Source: Candidatus Zambryskiibacteriota bacterium
GTDB taxonomy: Bacteria; Patescibacteriota; Minisyncoccia; Phycocordibacterales; DATDWN01
Assembly (NCBI GenBank): GCA_009694965.1
Contig: SIBV01000001.1
Coordinates: 1 to 63,755, forward strand
Reading direction: 5' to 3'
Length of the DNA: 63,755 bases
A model generated the notes under the pieces. It saw nothing but the letters and a program-made list of their open reading frames with translations. It made no database searches and was not told the DNA's origin. This document shows positions 1 through 9,300 of the stretch, piece by piece. Positions within the stretch are counted from its first letter, which is position 1; the number at the start of each line of letters is the position of its first letter. A program made the translations under genes and the position numbers.

Positions 1-2
1 AT

Positions 3-161
3 AAAATGGGATTTAACATTGACTTAAATACTGTCCCTGATACGGGAGTGGAATGTAAACAACATGGCAAAATGGAACGCTACAATGTCTTGGTGGAAGA
101 TAATGTTTGTCCAGTGTGCGAAAAAAATACTCTTGCTATATTGTCTGTTAGAGTTAATTAA
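3..161 (+). CDS. Small or 5'-truncated putative zinc-ribbon protein
   Basis: Frame 3 is open from the window edge and reads KMGFNIDLNTVPDTGVECKQHGKMERYNVLVEDNVCPVCEKNTLAILSVRVN*, with CxxH and CxxC pairs; absent from the ORF track. Confidence 0.5.
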   Translation, partial: KMGFNIDLNTVPDTGVECKQHGKMERYNVLVEDNVCPVCEKNTLAILSVRVN

Positions 162-305
162 AAATCAGTAAAGCAATCTAGAAAAACTGAGAAAACGGTC
201 TGGTATTCTAAAATCAAGGGAGCAAAGTGTGTGTGCGAAAGAAGGATGGGTTAAGACTATTTGTATTTTTCAATGAACTTGTGCTACAGTATATTCACAA
301 CTAAA

Positions 306-422
306 TAGTTGTATCGAGAGTATGGCGAGAGCAACTGGCTCAAGGACCCATCAGCAACCCTCAGAAATGAGAAGGTGCCAAATCCAGCCAAATAGCGAAA
401 GCTAAATGGAAAGATAAGACTA
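306..422 (+). ncRNA. SAM-I (S-box) riboswitch aptamer
   Basis: Hallmarks in order: TATCGAGAG, GGCGAGAG..ACTGGCTC, CAGCAACC, GGTGCCAAATCC, GGAAAGATAAG; P1 = TAGTTGTATC (306-315) paired with GATAAGACTA (413-422). Confidence 0.9.
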
Positions 423-433
423 GTCATCTATCT

Positions 434-457
434 TTCCTCATTACAAGAGGAATTTTT
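434..457 (+). terminator. Intrinsic terminator of the riboswitch expression platform
   Basis: TTCCTC-attacaa-GAGGAA-TTTTT; the overlapping TATCTTTCC can instead pair with GGAAAGATA (408-416) as an antiterminator. Confidence 0.8.
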
Positions 458-468
458 AATAGAAAAAT

Positions 469-705
469 ATGAAAGAAGAAATAACATATCCATGTGTTTA
501 TGCTATATGTGCTGGCATGCCTTGTGGACCAATACTAATACCTGAAGAACACAAGGTATCAGATGAAGCAGTTAATAAATATGTGCTTATGCTAATGAAA
601 ATGTATATTAAAAGCAGAGCTGTAATACGCTGGGATGAAAAAGGAATCAAAAAAGCAACAGAGTTTTGGAGAGATATAAACGGGGGGCCTTGTTATCAAA
701 AATAA
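469..705 (+). CDS. Hypothetical 78-aa protein under SAM riboswitch control
   Basis: Starts 11 nt after the riboswitch terminator; 4 Cys and 5 Met; no recognised family. Confidence 0.65.
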   Translation: MKEEITYPCVYAICAGMPCGPILIPEEHKVSDEAVNKYVLMLMKMYIKSRAVIRWDEKGIKKATEFWRDINGGPCYQK

Positions 706-767
706 TTTGAAATAATATGAAAAAATAATTATACAATTCACAGAAAATTGTGTAGAGTAGTTATGTT

Positions 768-1868
768 ATGTCATCTTTAAGTATAGGAATTGTGGGGCTT
801 CCTAATGTCGGGAAATCGACGCTTTTTAATGCGCTGACAAAAAAGTCAGTGCCAGCGGAGAATTATCCTTTTTGTACTATTGATCCGTCTGTTGGAATCG
901 TGCCTGTACCAGACGAGAGACTGTGGAAACTTTCGGAATTCTCTAAGTCTGCAAAGACTATTCCGGCGGTCGTAGAGTTTGTGGATATTGCTGGGCTTGT
1001 AAAAGGGGCCGCAGATGGAGAAGGCTTGGGAAACAAATTCCTATCTAATATTCGTGAAGTTGATGCGATTGTGCAAGTTGTGAGAATTTTTGAAGACGAT
1101 AAGATTATCCACGTGCACGGCGGAATCAATCCAGTCTCAGATATTGAAGTTATTAATTATGAACTTATTCTAGTTGATGAAGAAACAGTTACAAAAAGAA
1201 TTTCAAATTTACAAAAAGATGTGAAGGCTCTGAAGAAGGAGGCGATTTTCGAACATGAGACTTTACAAAAAGTAGATGCACATTTGAAAAATGGAAAACT
1301 TGTAAATAGTATGGATTTAGACGAAAAGGAAAAGGTGGTTGTAAAGATGCTTACGCTCCTTACATTCAAACCGATTATGTATGCATTGAATAAAAAAGCT
1401 GGAGGAACGAACCTTGATGAATTAGGAGACGCCCGATACCAGAAACTAATTTCTTTTTTTGAGGAGAGTCACAGTCAATGGGTAACAATTGACGCTAATA
1501 TAGAAAATGAACTAAAGGATCTAGAAGGAGATGAAAAAGAAATGTTCCGAACTGAACTAGGAGGAAAGGATGACGGAATCAATACTTTGATAAAAGGTGG
1601 ATATAAACTTTTGGATTTGATTACATATTTTACAACAGGCGAAGACGAAACTAGAGCTTGGACTGTACTACGAGACTCAACAGCTCCTGTTGCTGGACAA
1701 GCTATTCACACAGATTTCAAAGACAAGTTTATTCGCGCTGAAGTTGTAGCAACCACTGACCTTTTAGAAGCTGGTTCATATGGCGCTGCTAGAGAAAAGG
1801 GAAAGGTCAGAACTGAAGGGAAGGAATATATCGTTCAAGACGGCGATGTTATAGAGTTTAGAATTTAA
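768..1868 (+). CDS. ychF: Redox-regulated ATPase YchF
   Basis: GIVGLPNVGKSTLFN, NYPFCTIDP, DIAGLVKGA, C-terminal EGKEYIVQDGD. Confidence 0.98.
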   Translation: MSSLSIGIVGLPNVGKSTLFNALTKKSVPAENYPFCTIDPSVGIVPVPDERLWKLSEFSKSAKTIPAVVEFVDIAGLVKGAADGEGLGNKFLSNIREVDAIVQVVRIFEDDKIIHVHGGINPVSDIEVINYELILVDEETVTKRISNLQKDVKALKKEAIFEHETLQKVDAHLKNGKLVNSMDLDEKEKVVVKMLTLLTFKPIMYALNKKAGGTNLDELGDARYQKLISFFEESHSQWVTIDANIENELKDLEGDEKEMFRTELGGKDDGINTLIKGGYKLLDLITYFTTGEDETRAWTVLRDSTAPVAGQAIHTDFKDKFIRAEVVATTDLLEAGSYGAAREKGKVRTEGKEYIVQDGDVIEFRI

Positions 1869-1919
1869 AATTTCAGATACGAATAATCGGCGGGTCTCCA
1901 CGCCGCCGATATCAATATT

Positions 1920-2546
1920 CTATTTCAGTTGAACTGTGCGCATGTTGATTTCCATCACGAACTCAACACACCTGGCATCGTCTCCGCATCTCTTTAGGAC
2001 TTCGTTTACCTCTTTAAGACCCGGTGACATTTTGTGGCCAGTTTGGAGCAGTGGCCTCACCGCGCCTATTATCCACCTGTGCCAGGTTCTAACCTCCTCG
2101 TTTACTCGTTGATTTGGTGTTGCCTTGCGGCCTAGCCGAATCGTCTCGTAGGCTTCAAAGTGGATGGCTTCATGTGTCATTGCCAGGGCGTAATGCGTCT
2201 TCAACTCCTTGGTAGTTAATGTCGCACTGCTTACCCTTATTGACTCCAGCGATACAACAATTCTTTTCTTGCCATCCACAGTAATGTCGGAGGCCATAAT
2301 TGTTGATGCTGAGGCATTACTGAATCGCTCAGCATGGATAATTATTAAGCGCCCCGCAAAGCTTTCAACCCTAATCCACTCCAGTTTTTCTTGGACGAGA
2401 GTGGGGTAATAAGCGTTTTCACTTCCGTGCGAGAAGGCCTCCACATGGAGACGTCGGTAGATTTGCTCTCCCGGCAGTTGGCGTACCTGCCCTCCTACTA
2501 CTTGGCAGAAGCAGAGAGTCACAAGTGCAATTAAGATAGTTTTCAT
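1920..2546 (-). CDS. Secreted hypothetical protein with HExxH motif (putative zincin)
   Basis: N-terminal signal peptide; THEAIH with downstream EE; visibly more GC-rich than its neighbours. Confidence 0.6.
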   Translation of the reverse strand: MKTILIALVTLCFCQVVGGQVRQLPGEQIYRRLHVEAFSHGSENAYYPTLVQEKLEWIRVESFAGRLIIIHAERFSNASASTIMASDITVDGKKRIVVSLESIRVSSATLTTKELKTHYALAMTHEAIHFEAYETIRLGRKATPNQRVNEEVRTWHRWIIGAVRPLLQTGHKMSPGLKEVNEVLKRCGDDARCVEFVMEINMRTVQLK

Positions 2547-2667
2547 CCACGCCTCTGAGTTGGGGAAAGAAGTTTCCGCTAATTACAATAGAGTAAATAA
2601 CTGTATTTGTCAAAGTTGACCAAGCTACACATAAAGATTTTATTTTAATGATATTATTAAATAGGAC

Positions 2668-3525
2668 ATGAAGAAATTTATTTTTTTAATTCTAACTTTA
2701 CTCTTCACCTTCTCAGAGCCTGCTCTGGTGCACTCTGCTACACCATCAATTTCCTTCATTCCAGAGTTTCCACTTCAAGGTGAACCAGTTATGATAGTGA
2801 ATGAAAATGTAAAGCTTGCAGATATTGCTAGCACCACAATTTCCGGAAAACTGTTGAAGTTATTTGTATACAATGATAAACCCACGGCTTTTTATGGAGT
2901 TGATATAAATAAAAAATCGGGTGATTATGAAATAAAAGTTATATTAAAGAACGGAACTAGTTTTTCTAAAAATCTAGTTATTAAAGAGCGCAAAAAAATA
3001 GAGGAAGTGTTTAGTATTCCAAAAAAGCTCGGAGGAGATACTGTCGCTGGTCAAAAAAGTCTAGTGACGTCCCTTGCCAAGGAAAATGCTGTGTTAAATA
3101 AAATTCCAACGAGTCAAAAAATATTTTGGAAAGAGAAATTTATTTTTCCTTTGGAAAATCCGATAGTTACCGACGACTTTGGATACTCTAGAAAAACTGG
3201 TGGCTACACACTGATACACAAAGGAACAGATTTTCGTGCGAAAACTGGAACAAAAATTTCGGCAATGAACGATGGAGTTGTTAGTGTTGCAAACGTTGCT
3301 AGAAATTACGGAAAGCACATAGTTATTGATCACGGGCTTGGTGTTATGACTTTTTATCTACATCTTTCAAAAATAAATGTAAAAGTGGGGGATTCAATTA
3401 CAAAAGGCCAAGTTATTGGTCTTTCGGGAGAAACTGGATACGCAGCAGCTCCTCACCTCCACCTTTCTGTTAGAATTTATAATGTTTCAATTGATCCTGT
3501 GAAGTTTATGGAATTTTTTAAATAG
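2668..3525 (+). CDS. M23 family metallopeptidase
   Basis: Signal peptide; HKGTD, YLHL and PHLH motifs. Confidence 0.92.
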   Translation: MKKFIFLILTLLFTFSEPALVHSATPSISFIPEFPLQGEPVMIVNENVKLADIASTTISGKLLKLFVYNDKPTAFYGVDINKKSGDYEIKVILKNGTSFSKNLVIKERKKIEEVFSIPKKLGGDTVAGQKSLVTSLAKENAVLNKIPTSQKIFWKEKFIFPLENPIVTDDFGYSRKTGGYTLIHKGTDFRAKTGTKISAMNDGVVSVANVARNYGKHIVIDHGLGVMTFYLHLSKINVKVGDSITKGQVIGLSGETGYAAAPHLHLSVRIYNVSIDPVKFMEFFK

Positions 3526-3548
3526 TATGATACAATTATTAAATTCAT

Positions 3549-3950
3549 ATGAAAAAAGGATACAAAGATAATATTGAAAAACTTACAAAAGAGAATACAA
3601 ACTTTAGAAAAGTTCTGTATACAGGTGAGGAGAGTCAGCTTGTGCTGATGAGTCTTTTTCCAGGACAAGACATTGGATTTGAAGTTCACAATGAGAATGA
3701 CCAGTTTTTCCGGTTTGAGGATGGGACGGGAAAAGTTGTCATAAATGGCTCAGAATATGAGGTTTCTGACGGAGATGCTGTTGTAGTTCCAAAAGGGGCG
3801 ACACATAACGTTATAAATACTAGTGTTAATACTTCACTAAAGCTCTATACTATATATAGCCCAGCTCATCACAAGGATGGAGTGGTTCGAAGCACAAAGG
3901 AGGAGGCCATAGAAAACGAAGAGGAGTTTGATGGTGTTACTACTGAATAA
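3549..3950 (+). CDS. Cupin domain protein
   Basis: EVHNENDQFFRFEDG and VPKGATHNVIN cupin motifs. Confidence 0.9.
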   Translation: MKKGYKDNIEKLTKENTNFRKVLYTGEESQLVLMSLFPGQDIGFEVHNENDQFFRFEDGTGKVVINGSEYEVSDGDAVVVPKGATHNVINTSVNTSLKLYTIYSPAHHKDGVVRSTKEEAIENEEEFDGVTTE

Positions 3951-3970
3951 ATTATTATTAAATCAAAACC

Positions 3971-4903
3971 ATGGAACCAAAAAAATTTAATTCTAAAGAT
4001 TTTTTTCTGAATTTAGGGGCAATTGTGGCCTTATATGCTGTGGTTGTAAGTTTGGTAAATCTACTTTTTACAATTATCAATTATTCATATCCAAAAGTGG
4101 TTGAAGGTTACAACTATTATTACAGTGCCTCACCATCAATTTCTTGGCCAGTGGCATCTCTAATTGTAGTTTTTCCTATTCTTATTCTACTTATGTGGGT
4201 ATTAGAGAGGGAATACAAAAGTAATCCAAAAGATAGGAATACAGGAATTCATAAGGCATTAACTTTTGTCACCCTTTTTATTGCAGGACTAGTCATCGCA
4301 GGGGATTTGGTAACAGTTTTGTATTACTTCTTGGACGGACAAGAACTTACAGTAGGCTTTCTTCTGAAAGTTCTCGTGCTACTTGTAGTTTCAGGAGCAT
4401 TGTTTGTGTATTACCTGTCAGATATCAGAGGAACTTTGACCTCAAAATCGAGAAAAGTTTGGAGAGTTGTAACTGGAGTTGTTATCTTAGGCTCTATTGT
4501 TTGGGGATTTTCTGTTCTCGGTTCACCAGCTACCCAAAGACTATATAAGTATGATAACCAAAAGATTAGTAATCTTCAGGAAATAAATAATTACATCCAG
4601 AATTTTTACTCTCAAAATGGAAAGCTTCCTGAAAATCTAACTGAGGCTGGGTCACTCGATTACATGCCGAATGTGATTGACCAACAAACCAAAAAACCAT
4701 ACGAGTATGTTAGAAAAGATGCGCTAAACTACAGTTTATGTGCGGAATTCAATAAGGCGAGTGATTCAAGGATGGATAAACTTGGTTCTACAGCAGTAAT
4801 GTATCCGTATGGAGGACCTGGAATTTTTGGAGCTCATCCGGCTGGAAGGTATTGCTTTGAACAAAAAATAAATCCTAACATGTTCGCTAAACCACTAAGA
4901 TAA
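3971..4903 (+). CDS. DUF5671-like membrane protein
   Basis: About five TM segments, GSPATQR..YD motif, C-terminal LCAEF..HPAGRYCF. Confidence 0.75.
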   Translation: MEPKKFNSKDFFLNLGAIVALYAVVVSLVNLLFTIINYSYPKVVEGYNYYYSASPSISWPVASLIVVFPILILLMWVLEREYKSNPKDRNTGIHKALTFVTLFIAGLVIAGDLVTVLYYFLDGQELTVGFLLKVLVLLVVSGALFVYYLSDIRGTLTSKSRKVWRVVTGVVILGSIVWGFSVLGSPATQRLYKYDNQKISNLQEINNYIQNFYSQNGKLPENLTEAGSLDYMPNVIDQQTKKPYEYVRKDALNYSLCAEFNKASDSRMDKLGSTAVMYPYGGPGIFGAHPAGRYCFEQKINPNMFAKPLR

Positions 4904-4942
4904 TTATAACTCTTTTTTAACATAATTTTTATAAATATTAAC

Positions 4943-5001
4943 TACATAGGGTTACCCTATGTAAGCAAAATCCCCAAGGTCCGACCTCGGGGATTTTGCT
5001 T
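4943..5001. repeat. Two adjacent short palindromes upstream of leuS
   Basis: TACATAGGG-tta-CCCTATGTA and AAGCAAAATCCCCAAGGTC-c-GACCTCGGGGATTTTGCTT. Confidence 0.85.
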
Positions 5002-5030
5002 GAAGTGGTTTTTTTAGGTAAAATGAGGAA

Positions 5031-8000
5031 ATGAAAGAATATGATCATTTATCTATCGAGAAGAAGTGGCAGAAAGAGTGGGAGAAGAAGAAGGTCTACA
5101 AAACGCTAAATACGTCAAAGAAAAAGAAATACTATGTATTGGATATGTTTCCTTATCCTAGCGGTGTGGGACTTCATGTAGGTCATCCAAAGGGTTATAT
5201 AGGATCGGATGTGTTCGCTCGCTTCAAGCGGATGCAGGGATTTAACGTGTTACACCCTATGGGATATGATGCTTTCGGTTTGCCTGCCGAGCAATACGCA
5301 CTCGAGCACCATATACATCCGAGAAAGGCTGTTTTGGAAAATGTGAAGGCGTTTGAGGCTCAATTAAATAAAATTGGTTTTTCGTATGATTGGGAAAGAA
5401 GGGTCAATACTACTGATCCAGAATTTTATAGATGGACACAATGGATTTTTCTTAAAATTTATAATTCTTGGTATAACCAAAAGACTAACAAGGCCGAACC
5501 TATAGAAAAACTAATAAAAATCTTTGAAAAATCTGGGAATGTTGGAGTAAACGCTGCAGGAACTTTTACATCAGAGTTTGTAGCTAAAGAATGGAATGAA
5601 AAAATAGAAAAAGAAAAACAAGATATTCTAATGAATTATCGTTTGGCGTATGAGGGCTACAGTGAGGTGAATTGGTCGCCTGTTTTAGGAACAGTTTTAG
5701 CTAATGACGAAGTGGTAGATGGTCCAACTGGTCCTGTCTCAGAGAGAGGCGGCTATCCAGTCGTAAAAAAAGAGATGAGACAATGGTTCTTGCGTATCAC
5801 AGCATATGCAGATAGATTAGCTAAGGGATTGGATACTCTCAATTGGTCAGACCACATCAAAGAAATTCAAAAAAACTGGATAGGGAAGTCTGTTGGAGCT
5901 GAAATTGATTTTAAAATCAAAGATGGTCAAAACATCAGGATTTTTACCACCAGACCAGATACTATTTTCGGTGTGACTTATTTAGTTTTGGCACCAGAAC
6001 ATCCAGCATTACTGAATTTAAAATCAAAAATTAGGAATTGGGATGCTGTTTCTAGTTACATCAACAAGACAAAATTAATAACTCCAGAAGAAAGAATGGA
6101 TTCAAAAGAAAAAACTGGTGTTATTCTCCGTGGCATCGTTGCTATAAATCCTGCAAATGGTGAAGAAATTCCAGTGTGGATTGCAGATTATGTATTAGTT
6201 AATTATGGCACCGGAGCGATCATGGCAGTACCCGCACATGATGAAAGGGATTTGGAGTTTGCTCAGAAATATATTTTACCTTTTAATGAAGTGATTATCG
6301 AAGTTTTTGGTGATATTTTAAAAGAACCAATACGTAGAGATGTTGTTAAGGCAATTATCGTGAGAAATAATAAAGTTTTATTGGTTAAAGAAAATAATGA
6401 ACAGTATTCATTACCTGGTGGTTCTTATGAGTTAGGTGAAAGTGATTTAAGTGCTCTTTCGAGAGAAATAAGAGAGGAAACTGAATATAAGAATTTTAAA
6501 ATAAAGGATTATCTTGGAAGTGTAGAAAGATTTTATAGGAAGGATATGAAAAATAATACTGGAGAGAATAGAGTTCGAAGGATTGCAGGATATCTTGTTG
6601 AAATAACCAACGAGGAGAAAGAAAAAATTCAACATGATGGTTGGATAACAGAAACTAAGTGGTTTGATATGAAAGAAGCGATTGAAGTTCTTAAAAAGAC
6701 TGATTATAATGCTGAAGCGCTTTTTATAAAAAAAATATTGGAAAATAATCATTGTTTTGTTAGTGAGGGCATTCTGGTTAATTCTGGGAAGTTCAACGGT
6801 TTTTCTTCAGAGGAAGCAAAAATTAAAATCACAAAAGAAGTGGGAGGTAAAATTGTGACAAAATATAAAATACGGGACGCAATTTTTGCACGCCAGAGAT
6901 ATTGGGGTGAACCTATCCCTCTTGTTCACACCAAGGACGGAATAATTAAGCCACTTGGAGATAAATCTCTCCCATTAAAACTTCCAGATGTGAAGTCTTA
7001 TGAACCCACTGGGACTGGGGACTCACCGCTGGCTGGTGTTAAAGAGTGGATGAAAAAAGGTTTAGAGACAAACACTATGCCTGGTTGGGCTGGATCTTCA
7101 TGGTATTACCTTGCGTACATGACGCAAGGAATTTCCAATTTCCAATTTCCAATTTTCAAAAATAATACTAAAGCCAAAAGAACCAAAGAAGCTATTCAAT
7201 ATTGGAAAAATGTAGACATGTACGTGGGTGGGCAGGAGCATGCCACAGGACATTTACTTTATTCTCGTTTTTGGCACAAAGTTTTAAAGGACTACAATTT
7301 GGTACCGACAGAAGAACCATTTCAGACTTTACGAAACCAAGGAATGATTCTCGGGGAGGATAATCGTAAAATGGGTAAGAGGTGGGGCAATGGAGTAAAC
7401 CCTGACGATGTTGTGAAATACTATGGTGCAGACACACTCCGTGTTTATGAAATGTTTATGGGACCTTTCGAAAGCTCACTACCTTGGAGCACAGATAATA
7501 TAATAGGCTCTAGGCGTTTCCTAGATAAAGTTTGGAGACTTCAAGAAAAAGTTGTTACTAAAAAAATGTCAAGGACAGTCCTTGACATTAGTACTAATAC
7601 TAAATTGGAGGCATTACTTCACAAAACTATCAAAAAAGTAGGAGATGATATAAATAACTTTGCATTTAACACGGCTGTGTCCTCAATGATGATTCTTGCA
7701 AATGAAATGGAGAAGCAGGAGGAGATAAAACAAGCACATTTTGAGATGTTTCTGAAAGTCCTCAACCCTTTTGCGCCCCACATGACCGAAGAGATTTGGA
7801 AGTTTTTGGGAAATAAGACATTGCTTGTAAATGAGAAATGGCCAAAAGCAGATCCAAAAAAGATGTTGGAATTAGAAGTGAAAATTGTAATACAAGTAAA
7901 TGGAAAGGTTCGAGCAGATTGTATGATAATTCTAAATACGCTAGAAAATGATGTAATTGAAATGGTTAAAACATTACCAGATGTAGAGAAATGGTTACTA

Positions 8001-8063
8001 GGTAAAGAAATAAAAAAAGTTATATATATTCCAAATAGATTAGTAAACTTGGTGATTTTTTGA
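5031..8063 (+). CDS. leuS: Leucine--tRNA ligase with inserted Nudix domain
   Basis: MFPYPSG..HVGH, TTRPDT, GTGAIMAVPAHD, KMGKR (KMSKS variant); Nudix box GGSYELGESDLSALSREIREET. Confidence 0.97.
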   Translation: MKEYDHLSIEKKWQKEWEKKKVYKTLNTSKKKKYYVLDMFPYPSGVGLHVGHPKGYIGSDVFARFKRMQGFNVLHPMGYDAFGLPAEQYALEHHIHPRKAVLENVKAFEAQLNKIGFSYDWERRVNTTDPEFYRWTQWIFLKIYNSWYNQKTNKAEPIEKLIKIFEKSGNVGVNAAGTFTSEFVAKEWNEKIEKEKQDILMNYRLAYEGYSEVNWSPVLGTVLANDEVVDGPTGPVSERGGYPVVKKEMRQWFLRITAYADRLAKGLDTLNWSDHIKEIQKNWIGKSVGAEIDFKIKDGQNIRIFTTRPDTIFGVTYLVLAPEHPALLNLKSKIRNWDAVSSYINKTKLITPEERMDSKEKTGVILRGIVAINPANGEEIPVWIADYVLVNYGTGAIMAVPAHDERDLEFAQKYILPFNEVIIEVFGDILKEPIRRDVVKAIIVRNNKVLLVKENNEQYSLPGGSYELGESDLSALSREIREETEYKNFKIKDYLGSVERFYRKDMKNNTGENRVRRIAGYLVEITNEEKEKIQHDGWITETKWFDMKEAIEVLKKTDYNAEALFIKKILENNHCFVSEGILVNSGKFNGFSSEEAKIKITKEVGGKIVTKYKIRDAIFARQRYWGEPIPLVHTKDGIIKPLGDKSLPLKLPDVKSYEPTGTGDSPLAGVKEWMKKGLETNTMPGWAGSSWYYLAYMTQGISNFQFPIFKNNTKAKRTKEAIQYWKNVDMYVGGQEHATGHLLYSRFWHKVLKDYNLVPTEEPFQTLRNQGMILGEDNRKMGKRWGNGVNPDDVVKYYGADTLRVYEMFMGPFESSLPWSTDNIIGSRRFLDKVWRLQEKVVTKKMSRTVLDISTNTKLEALLHKTIKKVGDDINNFAFNTAVSSMMILANEMEKQEEIKQAHFEMFLKVLNPFAPHMTEEIWKFLGNKTLLVNEKWPKADPKKMLELEVKIVIQVNGKVRADCMIILNTLENDVIEMVKTLPDVEKWLLGKEIKKVIYIPNRLVNLVIF

Positions 8064-8156
8064 CAATTTGGTCAAGACTTGACTATTGAGAACTATAATG
8101 ATAAAAATAACTTACATTAGACGTTAGATATTAATAATATTTTACTAACAATAGCT

Positions 8157-9194
8157 ATGACAGAAAAAACACCGATAACATTTAAGCCTAAGCAAGTTGT
8201 AAAACGACTACTTACTATCCTCGGAGATAGATCTCAGGATGTGATTATGAGTAGATTCGGATTAGAAAATGATACCAAGAGAATGACTCTCGAAGCTATT
8301 GGCAAAAAGTATAAGATTACTCGTGAAAGAGTTCGACAAATAGAGAATTACTCTATAATCAATGTTAGAAAGTCAAAGGAATATACCAAAGAAAAGATGG
8401 TTTTTGATGAATTGCGAAAGGTGATTTCCGATCTAGGTTCGACAGTTTCAGAAGAGTTTTTCTTGAAGCATGTTTCAAAGGATAAAGCTACCCAAAACCA
8501 GATTCACTTTCTGCTTGTTGTAGGGGAAGATTTTCATAAAGAAAAAGAGGATTCAGAGTTTAAGCATCGCTGGACAGTAGACAAAGAGCTATCAAAGAAA
8601 ATCCACGCATCACTTCGAACACTTTACTCGTCACTTTCAGATGATGAGATTCTTTTGGAGTCTGATATGGTTGGAAAGTTTCTAGAACATTTAAAAGACG
8701 TATCTGATAAGTCTAAAAATGATGAAATTGCGAAGAGATGGTTAACTCTATCAAAACTCATTGATAAGAACCCTCTTGGTGAATGGGGTAAGACAGGTTC
8801 ATCAAATATAAATGCAAAGGGAATGCGAGACTATGCATACCTAGTTATTAGACGACACGGTTCGCCGATTCACTTCCGAGAAGTAGCGAAACTTATTACA
8901 GAACTATTCAAAAAGAAAGCTCATGTTGCAACAACTCACAACGAACTTATAAAGGACCCTCGATTTGTTTTGGTAGGAAGAGGACTTTATGCACTTTCAG
9001 AGTGGGGTTATATGAGCGGAGTAGTTCGCGATGTCATAAAAGGAATTATTGAAAAGAACGGTCCGATGACAAAAGACGAAATTATAAAAAAAGTATTGAA
9101 GGAGAGATATGTAAAAGAAAACACTATTATGGTAAATCTTCAAAACTTAAAATATTTCAAGAAATCAAAAGAAGGTAAATACGGTATTGCTTAA
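8157..9194 (+). CDS. Sigma-70 region 4-like HTH plus HARE-HTH (RNAP delta-like) protein
   Basis: TLEAIGKKYKITRERVRQIE; THNELIKDPRFVLVGRGLYALSEW. Confidence 0.8.
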   Translation: MTEKTPITFKPKQVVKRLLTILGDRSQDVIMSRFGLENDTKRMTLEAIGKKYKITRERVRQIENYSIINVRKSKEYTKEKMVFDELRKVISDLGSTVSEEFFLKHVSKDKATQNQIHFLLVVGEDFHKEKEDSEFKHRWTVDKELSKKIHASLRTLYSSLSDDEILLESDMVGKFLEHLKDVSDKSKNDEIAKRWLTLSKLIDKNPLGEWGKTGSSNINAKGMRDYAYLVIRRHGSPIHFREVAKLITELFKKKAHVATTHNELIKDPRFVLVGRGLYALSEWGYMSGVVRDVIKGIIEKNGPMTKDEIIKKVLKERYVKENTIMVNLQNLKYFKKSKEGKYGIA

Positions 9195-9202
9195 AGAAAA
9201 TT

Positions 9203-9281
9203 TTTAATTTCTAATTTTCAATTTCTAAACAAAATACTTAATGTATCTGTTTGAAAATTAGAAATTGAAAATTAGAAATTG
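9203..9281. repeat. Heptamer-built palindrome (AATTTCT/AGAAATT type)
   Basis: TTTCTAATTTTCAATTTCTAAAC ... GTTTGAAAATTAGAAATTGAAAATTAGAAA. Confidence 0.85.
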
Positions 9282-9300
9282 TTCTAGTATACTTAGTTCT

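Noticed and set aside
863..1369. Short antisense or alternate-frame ORFs inside conserved genes, here and throughout the window
   Set aside because: Shadow ORFs of well-supported housekeeping genes
4904..5030. T-box leaders before aminoacyl-tRNA synthetase genes
   Set aside because: No T-box consensus seen; leuS, trpS and cysS appear leaderless
8061..8063. Alternative genetic code (TGA = Gly)
   Set aside because: leuS and scpA end at TGA at the expected C-terminus, and conserved genes are intact under code 11
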